Source: Dehalococcoidia bacterium
GTDB taxonomy: Bacteria; Chloroflexota; Dehalococcoidia; Lucifugimonadales; JAGWBF01
Direction of reading: 5' to 3'
Assembly (NCBI GenBank): GCA_965220375.1
Contig: OZ244824.1
Location: forward strand, 776,406-840,405
DNA: 64,000 nt
Positions 38,462-47,073 of the stretch are shown one piece after another. The notes beneath the pieces are model-generated. The model saw nothing but the letters and a program-made list of their open reading frames with translations. It was not told where the DNA came from and did no database searches. The position numbers were made by a program, and so were the translations under genes. Every line of letters begins with the position of its first letter. The stretch's first letter is position 1.

Positions 38462-41400
38462 CTATCCCACTGCGGAGATGTCCGCCTCGTACTGATGGGC
38501 CTCGATCGAGCCTGCTCCCAACAACTCATCCAAACGTTCCACCAGCTTAGCACAGTGGCTGGTGGTCACGTTGGGAAGGTCAAGCCTTACTCGCTTGCCC
38601 TTGGTGATTATGTCCACCTGTAACTTGTCTTCCCCTGGGTACTCCAGCAGCACACCCATCGCTTCCCGAAGAAGATGGGCATCCTCTTCGGAATCATCGG
38701 ATTCCACCATCTTGAGAAGGACTATCCGGGGCTTGTCGGCCAGGGGCGCTTCCTCGGACCCGGCCTGGGGCGCATATTGGGATGCGCCGTTCTCCGAGAC
38801 CGTCGGATGCTCTCCTGCGCCGGCGTGCACCTTGCCGTTGGTCCCGCCATTGTCTCCGTCGTACAGCTTGGCCTGATCGCAATACACCGAAAGCTCATCG
38901 CCCCGGGTCTTGAGCTTGCCTGTAACCTCCACCAGATTGCCTTCCTGCCAGATGCTCCGGGTGCGCTCGAGAGCATCGGGCCAGGTGAGCACCTCGATGC
39001 TCCCGGACAGCATGTCCAGGGTGGTCACCATGTATGGTTTCTGGTCCTTGGTGTATCGCAGAGAGGCCGATGACACCTGGCCGATGACGGTCACCTTCTG
39101 GTTTTCCATATCGCTGTCCAACTGGTCCCTGGATGTCGTTGCCCTTCCCGGACTCACCAGGGCCACCGCCGAGAGGGAGTTTTCAGACAAAGGCACTCCA
39201 AGCAGCTCCTTCTCCCAAGCCACCTTCTCGGTGGGGGAAGCTTCTTCTCCATTAAGCCAAATGCCAGGTCCGGGGCCAGTGTCGCCAAGGTCCATATCAA
39301 ACATGCTGGACTGCCCCGACTGGCGACGGCTGGCTTCCCTTTGAGAGAAAGCCAGCACCTGCTCTACAACCTTCAGCAGGGCAGGCCGGTTCCCGAAGCG
39401 GTCCAACGCTCCCACCCTGACCAGGCTCTCCAAGGTACGCCGGTTGACGCCCCTCAGGTCCGCCCTGCTGCAAAAATCATCAAGGTCCCGGTAAGGGCCG
39501 TTGTTCAGCCTCTCTTCGATGATGGGCCTCACCGCGCCGTCTCCCACGTTCTTGACGGCGGATAGGCCGAAGCGAAGGGCCTTCGAGCCATCGGCGCTGC
39601 GCAGGATGGTAAATTGAACGTCGCTCTCGTTGATGTCAGGCAGGAGCACGGGAATGCCCATGCGGAAGCACTCGCTGACGGCGCCGGCGGTCTTCTCTGG
39701 ATTGTCCATGCGGGCGTTGAGCACAGATGCCATGTACTCGTGGGGATAGTTGGCCTTGAAATAGGCAGTCCAGTAGGAGATAAGGGCATAGCTGACGCTG
39801 TGGGCCTTGTTGAAGGCATAGCCGGCAAAGGGTTCTATGAGGCTGAACACCTCTTTGGCCAGCTCTCCAGAAAAGCCCATCCCGACAGCCCCGGAAGTGA
39901 AGCGTTCCGCTTCCTGGCCCATCAACTCCGGGATCTTCTTTCCCATGGCCTTTCGCACAATGTCGGCGCTGCCCAGGGAGTAGCCTGCGAAGGCTTGGAG
40001 TATCAGCAGCACCTGGTCCTGGTAAACGATAACGCCATGGGTCTCTTTCAGCAGGTCTTCCAAGCTGGGATGGGGGTACCTTATGGGGGAGCGGCCGTAC
40101 TTGGCTGCAATGAAAGTCTCGATATGCTCCATCGGGCCAGGTCGGTACAGGGCAATCATGGCCGCAATATCGCCAATTGACGAGGGTTTCAGCCCCTGTA
40201 TGTGCCGTTGCATTCCAGCGCTTTCCAGTTGGAAAACGTCGGTGGTCTTGCCGGAGGACAACAATTCGAAGGTCTTGGGGTCATCCAGGGACAACTGATG
40301 GATATCTATGTCAGTGCCCTGGGTTTCGGCAACCATTTTGACCGCCCGGTCCAGTATGGTAAGGCTGGTGAGGCCGAGGAAGTCCATCTTCAGGAGACCC
40401 AGCTTGGCCACCGGGTCCATGGCATACTGAGTCATGAGTATGCCGCTGGACTCATCCCCCCGAACGGGCTTTTGCAGCGGGACATACTCGGTCAAGGGAT
40501 CGCTGGAGATAACAACGCCGGCGGCGTGGGTACTCACATGATGGACAGTGCCCTCCAGCCGCTTGGCTGTATCTACCAGGTCCCTTACGCTCGTATCGCT
40601 AGCGTAGATGTCCCTCAGCTCCGGGCTTGCCTCCAGCGCATCTTCCAGGGTACGGCTCTTGAAGGGCACAAGCCGGGCAACCCGGTCCACGTCCGAGTAT
40701 CCCATGCCCAGGGCCCGCCCCACATCCCGCAGGGAGGCCTTGGCCCCCAGGGTGCCGAAGGTGATTATCTGGGCCACCTTGTCCCTGCCGTAACGTTGGG
40801 TGACATAGGCGAGGACTTCATCCCGTCGGTCATCCTGGAAGTCCATATCTATATCGGGCATCTCCTTGCGCTCCACGTTCAGGAAACGCTCGAAGACCAG
40901 CCGGTACGACAGGGGGTCCACCTCGGTCACACCCAGGCAATATAGCGCCAGGCTCGCCGCGGCGCTGCCCCGCACACCAAAGAGGATGTTATTTCGGTGG
41001 GCGAAGGAGGTGATGTCCCACACCACCAGGAAGTAGTCGGCAAACTGGGTCCGCCGGATCACGTCCAGCTCATAGGCAAGCCGGGCTTCCGCTTCCTGGG
41101 AAGGATCGGTATAGAGCCTGCGCAAGCCATCCCAGCAGAGCTGGGCCAGGTAGTCTTCCGAGGTCATTCCTTCGGGCACCGGGAAGTTGGGGAGGTGAAG
41201 TTCACTGGTATCCAGGGTCACGTTGCACATATCAGCTATTCGCTGGGTGTTCTGCAAGGCCTCGGGATACTCCTCGAAGAGGGCCTCCATCTCCTCGGCG
41301 CTCTTCAGGTAGTAGGAATCATCCTCCATTTTCAGGCGTTTATCGTCCAGGACCGTCGTGTTGGTATGGATGCATATCAGCACGTCCTGGATGCTCGAGT

Positions 41401-42043
41401 CCTCCTGGTCAACATAATGGCAGTCGTTGGTGGCCACAAGGGGGAGGTTAAGCTCTTCCGCCAGCTGTAGCAGGCCCTTGTTGATTGCAGGCAGCTCATC
41501 GATGTAGGCGTGCTCCTGCAGCTCCAGGTAGTAGCACCCTTCTTCTAACAGATTGCTGTACCATAGGGCAGCTTCCCGTGCATCATCCAGGCGTCCCTCG
41601 CTGATGGCTTTGGGCACCTCGGCGGTGGGGCAGCCGGAGAGGATGATCAAACCCTCGTGGTGCTGCTCCAGCAGCTCCCGGTCGATGCGGGGCCGGTAGT
41701 ACTGCCCCTCCAGGTGGGCTTGGGTGACAAGGCGCATGAGGTTATGGTAGCCCGTGTTGTCCTTCGCCAGCACCGTCAGGTGGTAGGGGCTCCGTTCCGA
41801 CGGGCCTTTTTCATGGCGGCTGGTGTGGGCAACATAGACCTCGCACCCGATGATGGGCTTGATGCCTGCCGCCTCGCACTGGGTGTAGAACTCCACCACG
41901 CCATACAGGGCCCCATGGTCGGTGATGGCGAGAGACTCCATGCCCAGCTCATTGGCGCGGGCTACCAGTTTGGGGATGCGGGAAACTCCATCCAGCAGGC
42001 TGTATTCAGTGTGAACATGAAGATGGGTAAACATGTCGGACAA
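38462..42043 (-). CDS. dnaE: DNA polymerase III alpha subunit
   Basis: PHP domain HLHVHTEYSLLDG. Length of 1193 aa. Finger and OB-fold regions are typical of DnaE. Confidence 0.97.
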   Translation of the reverse strand: MSDMFTHLHVHTEYSLLDGVSRIPKLVARANELGMESLAITDHGALYGVVEFYTQCEAAGIKPIIGCEVYVAHTSRHEKGPSERSPYHLTVLAKDNTGYHNLMRLVTQAHLEGQYYRPRIDRELLEQHHEGLIILSGCPTAEVPKAISEGRLDDAREAALWYSNLLEEGCYYLELQEHAYIDELPAINKGLLQLAEELNLPLVATNDCHYVDQEDSSIQDVLICIHTNTTVLDDKRLKMEDDSYYLKSAEEMEALFEEYPEALQNTQRIADMCNVTLDTSELHLPNFPVPEGMTSEDYLAQLCWDGLRRLYTDPSQEAEARLAYELDVIRRTQFADYFLVVWDITSFAHRNNILFGVRGSAAASLALYCLGVTEVDPLSYRLVFERFLNVERKEMPDIDMDFQDDRRDEVLAYVTQRYGRDKVAQIITFGTLGAKASLRDVGRALGMGYSDVDRVARLVPFKSRTLEDALEASPELRDIYASDTSVRDLVDTAKRLEGTVHHVSTHAAGVVISSDPLTEYVPLQKPVRGDESSGILMTQYAMDPVAKLGLLKMDFLGLTSLTILDRAVKMVAETQGTDIDIHQLSLDDPKTFELLSSGKTTDVFQLESAGMQRHIQGLKPSSIGDIAAMIALYRPGPMEHIETFIAAKYGRSPIRYPHPSLEDLLKETHGVIVYQDQVLLILQAFAGYSLGSADIVRKAMGKKIPELMGQEAERFTSGAVGMGFSGELAKEVFSLIEPFAGYAFNKAHSVSYALISYWTAYFKANYPHEYMASVLNARMDNPEKTAGAVSECFRMGIPVLLPDINESDVQFTILRSADGSKALRFGLSAVKNVGDGAVRPIIEERLNNGPYRDLDDFCSRADLRGVNRRTLESLVRVGALDRFGNRPALLKVVEQVLAFSQREASRRQSGQSSMFDMDLGDTGPGPGIWLNGEEASPTEKVAWEKELLGVPLSENSLSAVALVSPGRATTSRDQLDSDMENQKVTVIGQVSSASLRYTKDQKPYMVTTLDMLSGSIEVLTWPDALERTRSIWQEGNLVEVTGKLKTRGDELSVYCDQAKLYDGDNGGTNGKVHAGAGEHPTVSENGASQYAPQAGSEEAPLADKPRIVLLKMVESDDSEEDAHLLREAMGVLLEYPGEDKLQVDIITKGKRVRLDLPNVTTSHCAKLVERLDELLGAGSIEAHQYEADISAVG

Positions 42044-42195
42044 AGGATAAGTTATGTGAGGCCGGGGTTGGTGTCAAGGCAAGAAATCACCGATTCGTGG
42101 CCCAGTTTTCGGGGACATCCGGCGTTGTCAACCCGCCGCCAATATGTAAAATAGATCATCCCGCTATAGGCCCATAGCCCCGGGGAGGTACATCC

Positions 42196-43851
42196 ATGTT
42201 GCGCGAAAATTCGGCAGACCTTGTGCTCAGAGGCGGCGCCATCCTGACGGTAAACGCCGCCGATGATGTGGCGGAAGGTGTGGCTGTCAGGGGAAACACC
42301 ATAGTTGCAGTGGGCGCCTCGCAGGAGGTTGACCCTTGGGTAGGGCCGGCAACAAAGGTGATAGACCTTCAGGGACGTTCGGCGGTCCCTGGCTTTATAG
42401 AGAACCACATTCACATGACCAACTCCTACCGCCGGACCTGGCTGGACCTGGGCCCCGACTCGGTAAGCTCCGTAGCCGAGATGCAGGAAATGATAAGTGA
42501 GCGGGCCGGAAGCATGGCGCCGGTCCAGTGGATATGGGCCCACGGGTATCACCCGGAGCGCCTCCTCGAAGGCCGGCATCCCACAAGGCATGACCTGGAC
42601 CCGGCGTCCCCCAACAATCCCATCGGTATCGTTCACAGGGAAGGCATGGGATGGACCTTTAACACCATGGGCCTCAGGCGCATCGGCGTAAACGACGATA
42701 CTCCCGACCCACCCGGCGGTCCAATGCACCGGGATGCCCGGGGCGCTCCCCTGGGGCCGATGTTCGACAATACCCGCGCCGTATTCGTCAGGCCCAACCT
42801 GCCCAGACCCACCGATGAGAGCATCCTTGAAGACTATCTCTGGATGTGCGGCAGGATGGCGGCAAACGGCATCACCAGCGCCTGCGAGGCTGCGATCCGC
42901 TCAGGCCAGGAGACCCAGGCATGGCGGAGGCTGCAAGATGCCGGAAACCTGACCCTGCGCGTAAACCTGGGGCCTTACCCCCTGGAAGGCTCAGACTGGA
43001 ACCTGGAGGGTGCAGGCACTCGGATGCTTCAAGCCGGGCTCTGCACCGGTTTCGGCGATGAGTGGATACGCTTGGGGTCCCTCACCTACGGAGTGGACGG
43101 CGGGGTGTTCGGCCAGACGGCAGCCCTGTTCGAACCCTACTCCAACGACCCTGAGGGCAGGTTCCGGGGCAGCTTCCGTGTGACACCGGAAGTGTCGGAG
43201 GCCTTCTGCTCGACAGCCCACAGTGGCAACTGGCAGATCTCCGCCGTCTGCCATGGGGACGAGGGTGTGACCAGGGCGGTGGATGCCATCGAAAAGGCCC
43301 AGGGGCAGCTTCCCAGCCGCCATCTGAGGCACCGTCTGGAACATGCCTACCTGTGGAATGAAGCTCTTCCGGAACGCATCGCCAATCTGGGGATAATCTG
43401 GAACACCCAAGCTTCCGTCATAGCGGGGTTGGGCCGCTGGGGCACCCTGGAGCCTTGGGGTGAGAGGTGCCGCTACGCCTTCCCCATAAAGACAGCCCTA
43501 GAGCATGGCATAGTAGTCTCCGGAGGGTCCGACTGGCCGGTCAGCAACATGAACCCCATGATAAGCATCCACTTCCTGGTAACTCGCATGTTGGAACCCC
43601 TGGCCGACGGCATAGCGCTGGCCCCGGAGGAAGCTATAAGCGTAAGGGACGCGGTGCGGGTACATACCTACAACGGCGCTTACACAACCTTCGAGGAGGA
43701 GAGCAAGGGTTCCTTGGAAGCGGGGAAACTGGCGGACATCACGGTCTTGTCCGAAGACATCCTGGCTATCTCCCCTGAGCGGCTCAGAGACGTGCGAACG
43801 GACATCACCATCCTTGATGGCACGGTGGTGTACGAAAGGCCGGGCCTATGA
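42196..43851 (+). CDS. amidohydrolase-family hydrolase (amidohydrolase_3 / YtcJ-like), paralogue of 6055-7743
   Basis: PGFIENHIHM metal motif and C-terminal GKLADITVL, parallel to the 6055 gene. Confidence 0.85.
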   Translation: MLRENSADLVLRGGAILTVNAADDVAEGVAVRGNTIVAVGASQEVDPWVGPATKVIDLQGRSAVPGFIENHIHMTNSYRRTWLDLGPDSVSSVAEMQEMISERAGSMAPVQWIWAHGYHPERLLEGRHPTRHDLDPASPNNPIGIVHREGMGWTFNTMGLRRIGVNDDTPDPPGGPMHRDARGAPLGPMFDNTRAVFVRPNLPRPTDESILEDYLWMCGRMAANGITSACEAAIRSGQETQAWRRLQDAGNLTLRVNLGPYPLEGSDWNLEGAGTRMLQAGLCTGFGDEWIRLGSLTYGVDGGVFGQTAALFEPYSNDPEGRFRGSFRVTPEVSEAFCSTAHSGNWQISAVCHGDEGVTRAVDAIEKAQGQLPSRHLRHRLEHAYLWNEALPERIANLGIIWNTQASVIAGLGRWGTLEPWGERCRYAFPIKTALEHGIVVSGGSDWPVSNMNPMISIHFLVTRMLEPLADGIALAPEEAISVRDAVRVHTYNGAYTTFEEESKGSLEAGKLADITVLSEDILAISPERLRDVRTDITILDGTVVYERPGL

Positions 43852-44934
43852 GATGCGGAACAGGGATGCCGCGTTGTCCCAGAGAATCCGGGTCTTGGTC
43901 TCGTCGCTGAGGAGCGGGTCGGCCACAAAGGAGTCCAACTCGTTGGGGAAGTCCGTCAGCTCAGGATGGGGGTATTGGCTGCCCCACACCAAGCAGTGGT
44001 TTCCCACCTCGTCCACCACCTCAGGTGTGGTCCGCTCGCCAGGTTCCACGCAGGCGAATCCCTGCCTCTTGAACAGGATGCTTGGCGCTTCTGTACTGCT
44101 GGCCTCGGTCCCGAAAGGTCCGCCCCAGTGCTCATCCACCCGGTCCAGCCAGTACGGAATCCACCCTGACCCTGAACCCAGGTATCCCACCTTCAGGTCG
44201 GGGAACCGCTCCAGCACGTTGTGTCCCATGAAAGACATCAGGGCCAGCATCATTTCGAAGGGGTCCAGCACACCCTCCAAGCCGAAGATGGTGTCCTGCC
44301 GGTCTTCGCCCAGCTGGTGAAGCACGCTTCCCCAACCTTCGTGCAGGACTATGGGAATTCCCAAACTCTCAGCCTCTTCATACAGGGGGTCGTAGGCGCG
44401 GTCATGGAGCTTCCGCTTCAGCAGGGGGTTGGGACGCATGTAAACCGCCGCGAATCCCAGCTCCTGGACCGCGCGTCGCAGCTCCACCCTGGCTTCCTCG
44501 GCCCCCTGGAGAGGCACCAAGGCAACGCCCTTCAGGCGCCTGGGGTCGGCCGCACAGTAGCTGTGAAGCCAATTGTTGTACGCCCTGCACAGCGCAGCCG
44601 ACAGGTCCGTGTCAATATGGTCTGCCCAAATCACGTACATGCCCTGGGTTGGCAGCAACACCCCTACGTCCACACCCTCCTTGTCCATATCCCGCAGGTG
44701 GGACGAAGCATCGAAGCCGGCTGCCAGGGCATCTCCAAACACCCGCTTGTAGGACGGCACCTCAAGGTAGCTGGGCCGGGGGTCTGACACAGCCCGACCT
44801 TTGACGACGATAGAGGTGCCGTCTCCATTCACCGCCACCTGCCCCCTGTACCTTTGTTCGAGCCATGTATCCCACAAATCGGGAGGTTCCATTACGTGGC
44901 GATTAGCATCGATGACGTGAAACTGGCCTTTCAT
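43846..44934 (-). CDS. amidohydrolase_2-family protein (ACMSD-like decarboxylase/hydratase)
   Basis: VIDANRHVMEPPDLW N-terminus and the WGSQYPHP-type C-terminal motif. Start at ATG 44934, behind AGGAGG. Confidence 0.8.
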   Translation of the reverse strand: MKGQFHVIDANRHVMEPPDLWDTWLEQRYRGQVAVNGDGTSIVVKGRAVSDPRPSYLEVPSYKRVFGDALAAGFDASSHLRDMDKEGVDVGVLLPTQGMYVIWADHIDTDLSAALCRAYNNWLHSYCAADPRRLKGVALVPLQGAEEARVELRRAVQELGFAAVYMRPNPLLKRKLHDRAYDPLYEEAESLGIPIVLHEGWGSVLHQLGEDRQDTIFGLEGVLDPFEMMLALMSFMGHNVLERFPDLKVGYLGSGSGWIPYWLDRVDEHWGGPFGTEASSTEAPSILFKRQGFACVEPGERTTPEVVDEVGNHCLVWGSQYPHPELTDFPNELDSFVADPLLSDETKTRILWDNAASLFRIS

Positions 44935-45150
44935 TGTGCCTCCTAGCTGCTCGAACCCTTTCTTCGACCCGACCTTTTCAACCCACGTATGGTAGTATCG
45001 ACCCAAGCTGTAGTCAAGGCGAAGGGCGTGGAGGCGGAACCGCGCCAGCTTGACAGAAGGCTGTCCCGATAGCTACTATTCCGTTAAAGCCAGCAGGAGC
45101 ATCATGAGCCATCCTGCGCGAAACTGAACCCACAACCAGGGAGGTCTTCC

Positions 45151-46281
45151 ATGAGAGGAAACATCAAGGTTATGGACTGCGACCGGCATGTGATGGAGCC
45201 AGCTACCCTGTGGGATGATTACCTGGAAGCTCCCTACAAGCACTACGGCATCAAATCCGAGGGTTGGTTCTCTTTCGGCACCCTCATGGGCGGCCAGCGC
45301 CTCGGCTCGGGCAAGGTGGGGGGAGGCCCGATGGAGGTCAATCCCCTTGGCATGCTGAACAACCCCTTCTGGCGCGGCAAGTTCAAGTACGCCATCTCCC
45401 GCAAGTTCGACAACGTGTCCTACCTCCACGACATGGATGTGGAGGGGGTTGACGTAGCTTTCCTGTTCACCAGCATCGGGCTTTATGCCACCTTCGATGA
45501 CACCCTGGACCCGGAGCTGGCGGCCGGAATGTGCCGTGCCTACAACAACTGGCTCTACGACTACTGCTCCATCGACCCGGACCGGTTGAAGGGGGTGTGC
45601 CTGCTCCCCTTGCAGGACATAGAGTTGGCCGAGCAGGAGCTTCGCCGGGCCGCCACCGAGCTGGGCATGAGGGGTATCTTCTGGCGCCCCAATCCCTTGC
45701 GAGGACGCCGGGTGTCGGACCCCTACTACGACCCCTTGTTCGCCATCTGCGAGGAGACGGGCGTGGCTGTGTGCTTCCATGAGGGCCAGCAGGAGAAGCT
45801 GCCCTACTATGCAAGGGGACGAGTGGACAACTCCTTTACTCGTCATGCCACGTGCCACCCCATGGAACAGATGGGCGCCATGGCGTCAATGACCTCGGAC
45901 GGTGTGTTTGACCGCTTCCCCAAGCTCCATGCCGCATTCCTGGAATCGGGCTGCGGCTGGCTTCCCTACTGGCTGGACCGGCTGGACAAGCAGGTGAACC
46001 ATGATTACTTCGGGCAGGGTTATCAGGGGAAGGAGAAGCCGTCGGAGTACCTCAGAAGGGGCCAGTGCTACATCTCCTGCGAAGCCGGGGAAGAGACCAT
46101 CCCAATGCTGCAACGCCTGGTTGGGGAAGAGAACCTGATGTGGGCCTCCGACTACCCGCACCCCGACGTCATCGAATACTTCCCGGACACGTTGAAGGGC
46201 CTGATAGAGTCGGACGACGTAACCGAGGAGTTCAAGTCCAAGATCCTGTGGGATAACCCGGTCAGGTTCTACAACCTCTAG
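45151..46281 (+). CDS. amidohydrolase_2-family protein, paralogue of 43846-44934
   Basis: VMDCDRHVMEPATLW and WASDYPHPD. Divergently arranged with its paralogue. Confidence 0.8.
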   Translation: MRGNIKVMDCDRHVMEPATLWDDYLEAPYKHYGIKSEGWFSFGTLMGGQRLGSGKVGGGPMEVNPLGMLNNPFWRGKFKYAISRKFDNVSYLHDMDVEGVDVAFLFTSIGLYATFDDTLDPELAAGMCRAYNNWLYDYCSIDPDRLKGVCLLPLQDIELAEQELRRAATELGMRGIFWRPNPLRGRRVSDPYYDPLFAICEETGVAVCFHEGQQEKLPYYARGRVDNSFTRHATCHPMEQMGAMASMTSDGVFDRFPKLHAAFLESGCGWLPYWLDRLDKQVNHDYFGQGYQGKEKPSEYLRRGQCYISCEAGEETIPMLQRLVGEENLMWASDYPHPDVIEYFPDTLKGLIESDDVTEEFKSKILWDNPVRFYNL

Positions 46282-46296
46282 ACGCCGGACACCCCG

Positions 46297-47070
46297 CTAG
46301 AACAAGGACTTGCTCTGGCCTCCATCGATGTTGATGCAGGCCCCGCTGATGAGGCTGGCCCTCTCCGAGGCCAGGAAGGCCACAAGGTCGCCGACAGGTT
46401 CGGGCCAGCCGAACCTTCCCGCCGGCAGGTTCCACTTAATGAACTCGTTGACCACCTCGGGCGGGTTCTGCTGGGTGTAGCGGTCCCAGCTTCCCCCAGG
46501 GAAGATGATTGACCCCGGCGCAACGCAGTTCACCAGCACGTTGTCCTTCACGAATTCCAGGCCCGCATACTTGCTCATGGCGATCAGGGCCGCCTTACTC
46601 GCCATGTAGTCCACCGAGCCTCCATGCTCCCGACCCCATATGGATGCGATGTTTATGATGCGCCCCCACCGGCGCTCCCGCATCCCCGGGATTGCCAGGT
46701 GCATCAGCCGCAGCCCTCCGAACAGGTTCAGGTCCATTCCCATGCGGAACTGTTCCTCGGAGGTGTCCGACAGGGTCGTGCCCCGGCGGCCTCCCACGTT
46801 GTTGACCAGGATATCCACCGGTCCCAGCGCTTCCTCGGTTTGGCGGAAGACAAGCTCGGCGGCTTCCGGCTCCACGATATCCGCCACGATAGCAGTGGCC
46901 TCCACACCCTCCGCCTTAAGCTCATCCAAAGCTGCATCCAGGGTGCTCTCCGTGCGCCCGCAGATAGCCACCTTGACACCCTCGCGGGCTAGGGCCAGCG
47001 CCGATATTCGCCCCAGCCCACGACTGCCTCCGGTCACTATTGCAACTCTGTTCTTTATTCCCAAGTCCAT
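46297..47070 (-). CDS. SDR-family oxidoreductase (FabG-like)
   Basis: TGGSRGLG cofactor motif and the YxxxK motif in YMASKAA. Confidence 0.9.
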   Translation of the reverse strand: MDLGIKNRVAIVTGGSRGLGRISALALAREGVKVAICGRTESTLDAALDELKAEGVEATAIVADIVEPEAAELVFRQTEEALGPVDILVNNVGGRRGTTLSDTSEEQFRMGMDLNLFGGLRLMHLAIPGMRERRWGRIINIASIWGREHGGSVDYMASKAALIAMSKYAGLEFVKDNVLVNCVAPGSIIFPGGSWDRYTQQNPPEVVNEFIKWNLPAGRFGWPEPVGDLVAFLASERASLISGACINIDGGQSKSLF

Positions 47071-47073
47071 CTT